DNA from: Candidatus Latescibacterota bacterium
Lineage (GTDB): Bacteria; Latescibacterota; UBA2968; UBA8231
DNA length: 64,000 nt
NCBI GenBank assembly: GCA_965261395.1
Contig: OZ253462.1
Span: 4,544,001-4,608,000, forward strand
Reading direction: 5' to 3'
Under the pieces are notes generated by a model. It made no database searches. It was not told where the DNA came from and was given only the letters and a program-made list of their open reading frames with translations. The translations under genes were made by a program, and so were the position numbers. This document shows positions 8,447 through 20,153 of the stretch, one piece after another; the stretch's first letter is position 1; every line of letters begins with the position of its first letter.

Positions 8447-11400
8447 TTATTCGCCCTCCGGCTCGAACACCAGCTCCGGCACCACTACCTCCCAAGCATC
8501 GCATTTCATGCTGTCGCGGTACTGAGGCTCCGACGCTTCGCGGCTCCAAGCCACGACGGCGAAGACCGTGGCGGACCTGCACCGCGTTCCCGGTGGGGGT
8601 TCAAACGCTTGGGCAAGACGCCCGACCACCATCCCCGACCGGTCCAACAATTCCCAAGATCCAGTTTTGGCAATCCGCGTTTCTAGCTGATCACCGGGCG
8701 ACAGAGCGGCAATCGCACGATGCACCGGATGGTTGGCGTGGCGACGCCCCACAAAACTCAGATAGACCTCGCGCAGACTGGGCCGCCGATATTGACGTGA
8801 GAGTTCTAAGGTTTCCGGCTGCAAGTCACCAGATGTGCGGTGCAAAACCGAGCCGTTGTTCGGAAAGGCATACGGCAGCGGGTGCAGGCGTCCCGAGTAC
8901 GCCGGGGGTGCAGGCTCCTTTACGAAATCATCCCGTGTGGTACCTACCGCGGGGCGCAATCCTTGAAAACGCACGAGCGCAAGGGTCTGCCGGGCGCGCG
9001 TCATGGCCACGTAGTAGAGCCTACGCGGCGCGTCCGGGTCCTCGCCCTTATCGACTTTGTCCCAACCTCCGTCGAGCACGGCCACATGGTCGAACTCCAA
9101 TCCCTTGGCGCGGTGTGCGGTTAGCAGTAAGAGCCCGCGCTGGCGGCGACGAATGTCTCGCCCCCACTCGGCCAACCACTCGATGAAGTGATCCACCGGC
9201 ATTTCTGCGTCGCTGGTCTCTAGGGAGTGCTCGTCCAAGGCTTGCCGCAGCAGGTCGTTCCATGGGCCGGGCACTTGCGCATCCAGCCAGCCCCTCAGAT
9301 CAGCACTGTCCACGCTCCGGGTTTCCCGTCCGCGCAGCCATTCAACAAGCGTTTGGGTTTCTCGCAGGTGCCAGAAGCTCGGGATTTCTTCATTCCCCAT
9401 CTGCACCGGGATACGATGGAGTTCGCAGAAGGCGCGTACCGGCTCCAGATACTTCCATTCGCGTGCGATCACCGCGCACTTGGACCAGTCCCAGTCCGAC
9501 GAAAGAGCGGCGAGACGCTGCAACTCTGTCATCGCAACTTGCGCTTGTGAGATTGGGTCGCGGGGCGCTGGCAGAGTCTGCACCCGACCTTGAGCGACCG
9601 AATCCAGCTCACTCCAGTCGCCGCCGGGCGGTTCCTTCTCGCGCGCCCGGTCAATGCGGATGGGATGCTCCGCCTTCATGCGTTGCCGGGCTGGCTCGAT
9701 CCACTCATTGGCCGCTGCGATTATGTGGCCAGTGGAACGATAGTTATCCGTCAGGAAAGTCGGCTTCGGCCCGTAATCCTCTTCAAAGCGACGGATAAAC
9801 TCCACTGAAGCACCGTTGAAGGCGTAGATGTTCTGATCGTCGTCGCCTACCGCAAAGATCGTCAGCTTAGCGTCCTCATCCTTCAAAGTGCGTCCAGCTA
9901 GGGCCGATATCAACTCGTATTGATCCGGGCCGATGTCTTGGTATTCGTCTACGAGTATCCAGCGGAAACCTGCGAGGAGCCGTTCACGTTGCTCGTCGGC
10001 TTCCTCTGGCTCCAGACCCTCGCCGCGCAACAGCGCCACTGCTTGGCGCAACACCTCCCGGAATGCACCGTCATCAAGTAGCTTCCTTTCCCGCTCCTGG
10101 AAGCTGACGCCGACCAGCCGCATGGCCAGCGCGTGGCAAGTGAGCACCGTTACTCCGCGAGCATCGTCGCCGATCAAATCCATGAGGCGTCGCCGGATCT
10201 CGACCGCCGCGTGCCGATTATAGGCCAAGGCTAGGATGCCGCGGGGATTCTCACGCTTTACGCGCACGAGGTAGGCGATGCGATGCACTAGCACTCGTGT
10301 CTTACCGGAACCGGGACCGGCTAGCACCAACACGTTTGTCTGCTTTCGATCATCCGCGACGATGTCTTGTTGGGTGCGATTATTCAGGCTTTCGACAATG
10401 TCTCTCCACGATTCGGGCGTAGTCTGCCGCTCAGTCTCCTTGTCCCGATCTGGCATCCAACGGCAGAGGAATTCCTCCTCTGTTAGGCTGAAGTAGTCCA
10501 TGGCCATAAGCATGGCATCGGTTATGGCCTCGCAGCCCCGTTCAGCGAACTCCTTCATCACATGGATCTGCAGTACCTGCCCCTTGTAATGGAGCACAAG
10601 CGGCTCGAAGTCTGTGTTGGCGAAGCCGCGTTTCTCTTCGGCTAGCCGGATCGTCATGGCCGGACGGAATACCGCTAGACCTTTGTTCAGGCGAATAACC
10701 TCCTGCTCGTGTAACCATAGAAGGGCGCGGTCCAACAACCTATCGTGGTTTGTGCTATTTTTCTTCAGAAACAGATCGGACTTAATCACTTCCAACAGCT
10801 TGCCGAGGGTAGTCTCAGCCAGCAAGTCCGTACCCCGACTCCCGCGCGGCAGGCAAGCGAGCAAGTGATCCAGCAGGAGTTTCGCTCCATCACGTCGGCG
10901 CGACGCGAGTTCCTCCAAATCCGACCACTCTCGCCGCAACGTCACCTGCATCATCTCCGAATCCCGCTGTTGCACCCCGATGCTGCCGGCGTCGCCCCCA
11001 TCGCCGCGCCCGTCGTAGGCAATGCTGCGGAGAATGCGCCGTAACCGTTCTGGCAATGGATCGGCCACTCCCGCATCTCTCAGGGTTTGCGCGGCGACGC
11101 GCAAATGCAGGGTTGAACTGTCTCCCTTGCCCATATCCGGTGCAGCCTCGCGCATCTGCGCGATCAGGGCGGTCTCCAACTCCGCCGCCGCCTCAAAGCG
11201 CTTCCGCGAGCTGCGCACTACTCCTGAGTGGACGAAGGCGGTCAGTGCCATATCGTTGATGGCGATGCCCAGGTCTTCCAAGTCGTACAGGGCACTGCGC
11301 ACACCTTCGGCGCTCAGGCCGGATACACCCATCAACTCGTCGGTAGAGATGCCCTCGTCGGGGTCGGCGTCAATCAGCGTCTCGACGATTCTGAGCAACC

Positions 11401-13627
11401 GTTGCCGATAGTCGTCGAGCACGGACGCCTTCGCCAACCGACTGCATGCTTCCTTCACCGAGTCCACCCGGAGAGACGAAGGAAATACCTGCACTTGGTT
11501 CTCTTCCCGGGTCAGTAGTACCGCCTCCTCAAGCCAAGAGATGGCGGTTCGCACGCGGGTATCATCGGTGACTGAGTCCCGCTCAAAGACCTTTTCCTCG
11601 TCCTCGCCGAGGATCTCGCCAGCAGTGGCCACGACCTCGCCACTCATACGCTTCTTCCGGTCCAAGTTGCGCAGTGCTCTCAGCACGCCGTGAATCTCTC
11701 GTCGAGTGAGCCGCGAACGCGCCGACAAGCGAAACTGCCACTCCACGTCGTCCGTCGCATAGAGCAGTACACAGCGCGCCGTCTGCCGGTCGCGTCCGGC
11801 ACGGCCTGCCTCCTGCAGGTAGTTCTCCAGCGAGCCTGGGATGTCGGCATGGATCACCAGCCTCACGTCCGGCTTGTCAATACCCATGCCGAAGGCATTA
11901 GTAGCCGCGATCACGCGCAGTTCGCCGCCGATGAAGCGCTGCTGTACACTCTTCTTGGTCTCCGGCGGCAGCCCGGCATGGAAGAAGTCTGCCGCAACCT
12001 CTTTATTCTGCAGGAACTCCGCTACCTCTTCGGTTCGCCGGCGCGTCGCACAATAGACGATGGCACCGCCGGGCGCATCCGGCGGCAGGTCGGCCATCAG
12101 GATCTGATGGATATGCGCGAATTTCTCTCCCCCAGTCGTCGGCACCACCGTGAACTCCAGATTGGTGCGACGGGCACCGCCGTCGAAAACCTTTAACTCG
12201 ACGCCAAGCTCGTCCCGGAAGTGATGCTGGATGTCCACCACCACGTCGGGCTTGGCGGTTGCAGTCAGGCAAAGCACCGGTGGGATCGGGTCTTGTCCCG
12301 CCTTTTCGCGGATGAAGCGTCCCACGTAGCGATAATCCGGTCGAAAGTCGTGCCCCCACTTCGAGAGGCAATGAGCCTCGTCCAGCACCCAAGCCCCGAT
12401 CTCGCGTTGATCGAGCACACGTCGCAGAGAACGGTTGCGGAGTTGCTCCGGCGAAATGATGAGAATACCTGTATCCCCCAAGCGTACCCGATCCAGCGCA
12501 TCGACCCGTTCTGGCATGGACAGCAACCCATTGATAGCCACGCACGAGCCGATTCCATGAGCCTCCAGCCCTGCCACCTGATCCGCCATAAGCGCAACCA
12601 AGGGTGAAATCACCACCGTGAGAGCGCCAGTCTTGTAGTAGCGGGATAGGGCCGGGATCTGGTAGCAGAGCGACTTGCCGGTGCCAGTGGGCAGAATGCC
12701 CAGAACGTGCTCCCCGGCCATTGCCGCCTCGACGATGGACTGCTGCATGGGCTGTTGTTTGTCCATGTCCTTCGGCTCCGGCCGGAAATCGTCAAAGCCG
12801 AACCAACGTTTAAGCTCCTTGCGAGCGTCGTGCCTTTCACGGCACCAGCCGCAATCCTCCTCGTCGCAGGGCATATCCCGTAGTTGGCGAACCAGCTTAC
12901 CGGCTTCTGGGAACTGATGTCGAACCCATGGCGGCATCACGGAATTGCCGCCGGAAACTGACAGCCAAGCCAGCGCGTACGCTAACGGCCAGCCGCATTG
13001 GGCGACATTTTCGAGAATATCTCGACCGCGATTCTGACAGGCTATACCCGCAAGCCGCTCGTGGACCGCCGCCTTCGCTACCGCGTCGGCTGGCCGAGGT
13101 CCGTACCGTATGGAGGCGAAAACGGCGTCGAATCCCGCGCCGTCGGGTAATGTCCCGGTCAGCCAATGCCATGCGGCGAGCAAGCCAAGCGGCGCATCGC
13201 GTAACGCAGTTTGCTGATCGTCGAAGACATCTAGCGCGAGCTGGGCATCCTGTGCCGGGTCGTTGATTCACCCGCGTTTGAGCTGTCCGTCCTGATAGTG
13301 TTTGACGAGGTGGTGATAGGGATTGCGGGGAAAGGCGAGGGGGTTGAGCCGCAGCGTATCCACCGCCGGCAGCTTCAACAGCCGGAGATCGGGCTTTGCT
13401 GCTTTCAGATGGAGCAGATCGAAATCAATCAGGTTGTGCCCGAGCAGAAAGTCCGCGCCATCAGCGAATTCGTCGAGCTCTGCCAACGCCGTTGCCAAGT
13501 CGCCACCGTGGAAGACTAGCGGTTGATCGACATTCGGACGTACCGCGGCGAAGGCATGAATGCAGCGATCCTGCTTACCGACCTCAAGGTCGAGCGAAAG
13601 GCAACGAGGCGAAAGGCTTGAATCCAT
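8447..13627 (-). pseudogene. DEDD-like exonuclease-RecQ helicase-UvrD/PcrA helicase fusion, interrupted by one in-frame TGA at 13268-13270
   Basis: ORFs 13268..13627 and 8447..13183 share a frame and read ...GQLKRG*INDPAQDA... Exonuclease motifs: SLDLEV, GHNLIDFD, DTL. RecQ motifs: LPTGTGKS, DEAHCLSKWGHDFRPDY, QEAGRAGRD. SF1 motifs: AGPGSGKT, DEYQD, VGDDDQNIY, HRAKGLEFD, YVAMTRAR. Confidence 0.85.
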
Positions 13628-13736
13628 AGCGATATGTAGAAGGCGGCGGATGTTTCCTATCTTCGCGGATTAAGACAAATAAAGGGCACTCTCAAAAGTC
13701 AGCTAATGAAATCGCACGATGCACCCAGGTAGTGAA

Positions 13737-15113
13737 TTAGCCACCGCCTTGTTTCTCTCCGAGTAACCGACGCAATTGCCCCACTAGGTAGAAAGGTACC
13801 GAGACCAATTCAAAGGATTGGGCCGCCATCTCAGGCAAGGCATAGCTAGCCGTATGCCAAGTGGGAGGAGCGCTGTTCACGCGCACCCCTATTTTCTGTG
13901 CCTTGGTCTTGAGAAAGACCTGCAACGACTTGAGCGTGCCGGTTTTGCCCGCCTTGACTTCGACGGGGATGATTTTAGTACCCACGCTGATCGCGTAATC
14001 GACTTCGGCATTGGAAGAGGACTTCTCCCGCATCCAGAAGAACAGCTCCGGCCGGACGAAGGAAGGCTGCCCGTAGAGCAGATGCTGTCCGACAAACTGC
14101 TCGCAAACACTCCCTTGGTTTACTTGCAGCACGTCCGTTGCGCTGGTAAAGTCCAGCAGGTTGAGGCCACAAGCACTGGACATCAAGCCGACGTCGAGGA
14201 ACAGCGGCTTGAACACGGTCTCTTTGATTTCCGCCCGTAGCGGGACGCCGTTGCAGGCACTGTGATGGACGCGCCAAGCAACTAGGGCCTTGCACAACAA
14301 CGACAAGGCATGGGCCAGATTTCGCGCCTGATCGTCCCGGTCAATATGGGCGTATTTCAGCCGTTGACCAATCAGTAGCGGGAGGCGGGTGAACACCTTG
14401 CGCAGCCGGTCGGGATCGGCCCTGCGCGCGTATTTGCCAAAATCCTCGGCAAAGGTCTCGAGGATCGATTGTTTCTCAGACTCGGTATCGGCAAGCGACG
14501 CGGACCGGGTGTAGGCAAACACGCTGGCTGGCATCCCTCCTACCACCAAGTACTGCCTCACGGCGTCCAGGAGCTGACGGTGCAAGGAATCGGGTATGGT
14601 GGCGGGGAACTCAAAGGAACGGATAAAGGAAACGAGGCGCTCTTTGCCTTGGGCCAGCAAAAATTCCTCAAAGGTCATAGGACCGAGATACAGGTATTCA
14701 ATGCGGCCGACAGGCACTGCAAAGGACGGCTCTGCCAGCGCGAATTCGAGCAGTGAACCCGCGGCGATGACGTGGATATCGGGTCGCTCCTCAAAGAAGT
14801 AGCGCAGCGCCTCGAAAACCTGTGGAGCCGCTTGAATCTCGTCGAGGAACAGGAGCGTTTCCCCGGGGTTGATAGCCGCGTTGTACTGCAACTCGATCAA
14901 CAGGAGGATCTGGTTGGGGTCTTTGGACGTAAATAGCTGTGCCAGGTCTGGTTGACGCTCGAAGTTCAACTCCACCGTATTGTCGAAGCACTCCTGGCCG
15001 AATTGCCGGATCAGATAGGTTTTACCCACCTGCCGAGCTCCCCGAACCACCAGCGGTTTGCGCTTTGGCTTGATCTGCCAGTTCTTCAGATCGCAAATTG
15101 CGGCTCGAAACAT
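13737..15113 (-). CDS. AAA+ ATPase with DUF4143 (AAA_14 family)
   Basis: Walker A GARQVGKT, Walker B LFLDEIQ, GGMP, and a C-terminal EVD...PVEVKAG nuclease-like motif. Confidence 0.9.
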   Translation of the reverse strand: MFRAAICDLKNWQIKPKRKPLVVRGARQVGKTYLIRQFGQECFDNTVELNFERQPDLAQLFTSKDPNQILLLIELQYNAAINPGETLLFLDEIQAAPQVFEALRYFFEERPDIHVIAAGSLLEFALAEPSFAVPVGRIEYLYLGPMTFEEFLLAQGKERLVSFIRSFEFPATIPDSLHRQLLDAVRQYLVVGGMPASVFAYTRSASLADTESEKQSILETFAEDFGKYARRADPDRLRKVFTRLPLLIGQRLKYAHIDRDDQARNLAHALSLLCKALVAWRVHHSACNGVPLRAEIKETVFKPLFLDVGLMSSACGLNLLDFTSATDVLQVNQGSVCEQFVGQHLLYGQPSFVRPELFFWMREKSSSNAEVDYAISVGTKIIPVEVKAGKTGTLKSLQVFLKTKAQKIGVRVNSAPPTWHTASYALPEMAAQSFELVSVPFYLVGQLRRLLGEKQGGG

Positions 15114-15465
15114 TTCATTCCTATACGCATATAATACAACCGTGATAAAATTCTTACATGAATATTTTTATAGGGTTAAAATATGCGTGCACAACAAAAC
15201 TGCGTCAACCTTTCAAGGCATTCACCGCATAAAGACGATAGATATCCGCAGCGAACGCGATTCGCATCGCCATGATCAAGAGCACTGTCGCTAAATATTT
15301 CCAGCCGCAAGATGCCACCGGCATACATTGCGCTACGTCTTTGCATGGTCCTTAACGTAACTGCCGTACTCTGTTGCCCTCAGTTCGGGCAACTCCTAAA
15401 TTATTCATCTATATACATAATTTGGTCGCCTTCCGGCGGCCACCTAAATACAAAAGGTACCTAGC

Positions 15466-17124
15466 TTGATCTCCCCTACAGACGACGCGCTCGTCGCACA
15501 TTGGCAGCGCGAAACCGCTCCCTTATTGCCGCTTCTGCACGCCTTCCACGACCGCGACGGCTATTTGTCGGAAGAAGCTCTCAAGGCCGTATCAACGGGC
15601 CTGAAAATCCCCCTCGCCGAGCTTTTTGCCACCGTCACCTTTTACCACCACTTCGCCCGCCAAGTTCCCGGCCAAAGTGCCCCGCGCGTCTGCACCGGCC
15701 CGATATGCGCGCTGCGCGGAGCCGACGCGCTCTGCGCCAGCCTCGCCGACGCCACGCCCATGCCGTGCGCCGGCCGCTGCGACGATCCCATTCCGGTCAT
15801 CAAAGGCCATCAAGTGCTAGTCGGCACCGACGCGGACGCCCTTGCGCCTAGCCCCTCGCCCCTGCCCGTGCCCAATCCCGGCGGCTACGAGGAATGCGTC
15901 TTTGCCGACATCCGCGCTCCGGGCCGCGCCACCCTGTCCGGCTATCGCCAAAGCGGTGGGTACCAAGCACTGCAACAAGCTCTCGCCGGGGAGCCAGCCG
16001 AGTTAGTCGCCCTCGTAGCCGACAGTCAGCTCGCCGGCCGGGGCGGCGCGGGCTTTCCCACCGGCCAGAAGTGGCAGGCCGTTACCGAGGCCCCGGGCGA
16101 GCCTAAAACCGTCGTCTGCAATGCCGACGAAGGCGAGCCGGGCTGCTTTAAGGACCGCGCCCTCCTCGAATGGGATCCACACGCGGTCATCGAGGGTATG
16201 CTCCTAGCCGCGTACGCCACCGGCGCTACCCGCGCCTTTATCTATCTGCGCTACGAATACCCGGAAATCAACGCCATCCTCGCCAACGCGATAGCCGAGG
16301 CCCGCGCCGCCAATCTGATCGGCTCGCACATCCTCGGCAGCGACTTCTCTTGTGCGCTCGACATCCGCCGCGGTGCCGGCGCGTACATCTGCGGCGAGGA
16401 AGGCTCTTTGCTCAACAGCCTCGAAGGCAAACATCCCTATCCGCGCAACCGCCCGCCCTACCCGGTAACGCACGGTTTTGAAAACTTGCCCACGGCCGTC
16501 AACAACGTCGAAACCTTGGCCTCGGTGCCCCCGATCGTGCGGCGCGGTGCCGCGTGGTATCGCTCGTTGGGCCTCGACGGCCACCCGGGCACCAAGGTCA
16601 TCAGCCTCTCGGGCGACGTGCAGCGGCCGGGCAACTACGAAATCCCCTTTGGCCTGCCCCTCGACACCTTGCTCCACGAATGGGCCGGCGGGCCGGAGTT
16701 AGGCCGCCATATCCAAGCGGTTACTATGGCCGGCCTCTCGGGCGGCTTTCTCGCGGGCGACGACCTTAATACCACCCTCGACGAACCGGCGGTCCGCGCC
16801 CGTGGCTCGATCCTCGCCTCGGGCGGCATCATGGCCTTTGACGACCGCCGCGACATGGTGGACATCGCCCGCCAAGCCATGGCCTTCTTCGCCGAGGAAT
16901 CCTGCGGTAAGTGCTTCCCCTGTCGCATTGGTACTCAGCGGCTAACCGAGCGGCTTGATGGTGGCGGGCCTGCTGACCTAGCGACTTGGCGCGCCGAAGT
17001 AGAAGACATCGGCGACGTCATGAAGGCCACCAGCGCCTGCGGCCTCGGCGTGGCCGCCCCCTTTATCACCGATAGCCTTCTCAAGTACTTTCCCGACCAA
17101 GTGGCACAGCGCGTCTGCGCCTGA
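15466..17124 (+). CDS. NuoE-NuoF fused diaphorase subunit of an NAD-dependent formate dehydrogenase (FdsG/FdsB-like)
   Basis: N-terminal NuoE-like region (TFYHHF, CTGPIC...CAGRC); NuoF motifs GRGGAGFPTG, NADEGEPG, GAGAYICGEE and ESCGKCFPCR...SACGLG. Confidence 0.9.
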   Translation: MISPTDDALVAHWQRETAPLLPLLHAFHDRDGYLSEEALKAVSTGLKIPLAELFATVTFYHHFARQVPGQSAPRVCTGPICALRGADALCASLADATPMPCAGRCDDPIPVIKGHQVLVGTDADALAPSPSPLPVPNPGGYEECVFADIRAPGRATLSGYRQSGGYQALQQALAGEPAELVALVADSQLAGRGGAGFPTGQKWQAVTEAPGEPKTVVCNADEGEPGCFKDRALLEWDPHAVIEGMLLAAYATGATRAFIYLRYEYPEINAILANAIAEARAANLIGSHILGSDFSCALDIRRGAGAYICGEEGSLLNSLEGKHPYPRNRPPYPVTHGFENLPTAVNNVETLASVPPIVRRGAAWYRSLGLDGHPGTKVISLSGDVQRPGNYEIPFGLPLDTLLHEWAGGPELGRHIQAVTMAGLSGGFLAGDDLNTTLDEPAVRARGSILASGGIMAFDDRRDMVDIARQAMAFFAEESCGKCFPCRIGTQRLTERLDGGGPADLATWRAEVEDIGDVMKATSACGLGVAAPFITDSLLKYFPDQVAQRVCA

Positions 17125-17138
17125 ACGAGAGCCTTACC

Positions 17139-19868
17139 ATGAATACCAATGGGAAACAACACACCCTGACCTTAGACGGCGAAGGAGTCACCTTTGCTCC
17201 TGGCGAGACCCTCTACGAGGTCGCCCAACGCCATCGCCGCGACATTCCCACCCTCTGCTACGATCCGCGTCTAGAACCTTTTGGGTCCTGCCGGCTCTGC
17301 GTGGTCGAAATCGAGGGTGTGCGCAATCCAGTCGCCTCCTGTACGGCCCAAGCCGAGCCCGGCATGGTCGTCAAAACGGCAACCGCGGCGGTCGAGAAAC
17401 ACCGCAAGACGCTGCTGGAAATGGTCGTCTCGGAAAACCGCGAAGTCGAGGTGGATCCCCTGCGTGGGTACGCTTCTCAAGAGCTAACAGACCTCGTCGA
17501 TCGCTACCAAGCCCGCTCCGGCCGCTTCCAAGGCGCGCAATCGGGCGAGGTGCACCCCACCGACGACAACCCCTTCATCTTGCGCGACTACGACCTGTGC
17601 ATCTCGTGCAACCGCTGCGTCCGCGTCTGCGCCGAGCAAGAGGGTGACCACGCCATTGCCGCCATGGGGCGCGGCTTCCACAAGCAGATCACCACGGAGT
17701 TCAATGGCCTGCTCAAGGATTCGTCCTGCACCTTCTGCGGCCAATGCGTCCAGACCTGCCCCACCGGCGCCCTCGCCGACAAAAAGGCCCTGCGCGCCGC
17801 CGACCTGCCCGGCGAGATCGAAAAGACCCGCTCAATCTGCCCGTACTGCGGCGTTGGTTGCTCGGTGGACCTGCTGTCCAAAGGGGATAAACTCGTCGGC
17901 ATCCAACCGGCGATGGACGGCCCAGCCAACGAGGGCGCGCTGTGCGTCAAGGGCCAGTTTGCCTTTGACTTCGTCCATCACCGCGATCGGCTCACAGATC
18001 CCCTAGTTCGCGGCGAGGACGGCCAGCTCCACCCCACCGATTGGGACACCGCGCTCGACCACGCCGCCCAAGGCTTTGCCAAAGTGCTCGCCGAGCACGG
18101 CCGCCATGCCATCTACGGCGTCGCCTCCGGCCGCACGCCTTCGGAGGCCAACTACTGCCTGCAGAAATTCATCCGCCGAGGCTACGGCACCCACTACATA
18201 GACAACTGTAGCCGTGCCTGACACGCGCCCACGGTTGCCGGTCTGGCAGCCACCATCGGACGCGGCGCCATGTCGAACCCCTTGGCCGACATGGAAAAAC
18301 CCGATCTGATCTTCTGCATCGGGACCAACATGACCGAGTGCCACCCAGTGGCGGCGACGCGGCTCAAAAAGGCCCTCAAGCGCGGGGCCAAGATGATCGT
18401 CGCCGACCCGCGCCGGATCGCCCTCGCGGACATGGCCGATTTGTACCTGCCCATCCGCGTCGGCTCGGACGTGGCTTTGCTGTTGGCCATGGCGCACGTG
18501 ATCGTCCGCGACGACTTGGTAGATCGCGCCTTTATGGAAGCGCGCACGGCCGACTTTGAGCAATTCCTAGAGCACGTAGTCGAGTTCACGCCCGAGTGGG
18601 CTTCGACCATCACCGAGGTACCTGCCGCGGACATTGAACAGGCCGCCCGTTGGTACGGGGCCGCCGACAAGGGTGCCATCTACTACACCCTCGGCATCAC
18701 CGAGCACATCTGCGGCGTTGACAACGTCCAGAGCCTGTGCAATCTCGCCCTGCTGACCGGCAACATCGGCCGCGAGGGCACTGGCATCAACCCCATGCGC
18801 GGGCAGAACAACATCCAAGGCGCCGGCGACGCCGGAGCCGTTCCCTCGGACTATCCCGGCTTCCAGCCGGTGATCCTGCCTGAAAACAGGGAAAAATTCA
18901 CCGCGCTCTACGGGCGAGAAATGGACCCGGACAAAGGCATCACCAAGGTGCAAGCGCTCAACCGCTGCGGCACCGAGATTTTTGCCATGATTATCGACGG
19001 TGAAAACACCGTCGTCTCCGACCCGGACCGCCATCACTGCGAGCACGCCCTCAAGAGCCTAGATATGCTCGTGGTCATCGACATCTTCCTCACCGAGACT
19101 GCCGCGATGGCCGACGTGGTCTTCCCCGCCAGTGCCTTTGCCGAGACCGACGGGGTCTGCTCCAACACCGAGCGCCGGGTCCAGCGCCTGCGCCAAGCCG
19201 TGCCTCCGCCCGGCGAGGCCAAGCCCGACTGGTGGATCATAAGTCAACTCGCCCAGCGGCTTGGCTTTAGCGGCTTCGACTACACTTCGGCCGAGGACGT
19301 GTTCAACGAACTATGCGGCCTTTCGCCCATCTACGCCGGCCTCGATTGGGATCGGATCGACAAAGGTGAGTACCAGTGGCCCGTACCCGAAAAGGGCCAC
19401 CCGGGGACGCCGATTTTGCACGAGGGGGTTTTCAGAAATGGCCGCGGCCTTTTCAAAACCATCCGCTACCGCGACCCGGCCGAGACCCTTTCAGCCGAGT
19501 TCCCGGTCTGGCTGACGACCGGCCGCCGGCTCCAAGCCTACCACACTCGCACCCAAACGGGCCGCTCCCAAGGGATCGACTACCTGCTCGCGGAAGAGCG
19601 CCTCGAAGTCCACCCCGAAGACATCACCGCTTGGGGCCTTGAAGACGGGGGCTTGTGCCACCTGTCGAGCGCGCGCGGCACCATCGAAATCCGCGCCGAG
19701 GCCAACACCCGCTCGCCGCGCGGCACAGTCTTTGCCAGCTTCAGCTTCAACGACGTGCCGATCAACATCCTCACCGGCTCCGGGTACGATCCCGTCACCG
19801 ACACCGCCGAGCTCAAGGTCTGTCCGGTGCGCGTCGAGGCGTTGGTTGAGAGCGAGGTAGCTGGGTAG
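17139..19868 (+). CDS. fdhF: Formate dehydrogenase alpha subunit, selenocysteine-containing (Mo/W-bisPGD), 909 aa
   Basis: ORFs 17139..18221 and 18270..19868 are in frame. The TGA at 18219-18221 lies in DNCSRA-U-HAPTVAGL, the FdhF Sec position. Also has N-terminal FeS domains, CPYCGVGC, RGQNNIQG and a SECIS. Confidence 0.93.
18233..18251 (+). promoter_or_regulatory. Bacterial SECIS hairpin
   Basis: GGTTGCC-GGTCT-GGCAGCC begins 11 nt after the UGA and closely resembles E. coli fdhF GGTTGCAGGTCTGCACC. Confidence 0.9.
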
Positions 19869-19931
19869 CTAAAATGAGAGGTAAGAGGAAATGAGTTTTA
19901 CGGCTGCGCGATCACTATGGAGGCGATCTAC

Positions 19932-20153
19932 ATGAGCCATATCAAATACAGGGTTCATATTGAACAGGATGAGGATGGCATTTTCGTGGCCCAAGTACCC
20001 GCGTTGCCTGGGTGTGTTTCGCAAGGACAGACTCGGAAGGATGCCTTGTCAAATGCCCACGAAGCAATTGCGCTGTATATAGAAAGCCTAAAAGCCCACG
20101 GCGATCCAATCCCGCCGCCCATTACGGAGGAAATCATCGAGGTTGAAATTTGA
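19932..20153 (+). CDS. hicB: HicB family antitoxin
   Basis: EQDEDG.FVAQVPALPGCVSQGQT..AL.NA.EAI; GGAGG RBS upstream of 19932. Confidence 0.9.
   Translation: MSHIKYRVHIEQDEDGIFVAQVPALPGCVSQGQTRKDALSNAHEAIALYIESLKAHGDPIPPPITEEIIEVEI

Noticed and set aside
13240-13270. TGA in the helicase fusion as selenocysteine
   Set aside because: Only a 4-bp stem (GGCA-CAGGA-TGCC) follows, and the context (KRG*IND) is not a redox or Cys site; a nonsense change is more likely.
8711-13725. 16-bp direct repeat AATCGCACGATGCACC at 8711 and 13710
   Set aside because: One copy lies inside coding sequence, and a single 16-mer match in 64 kb is plausible by chance.
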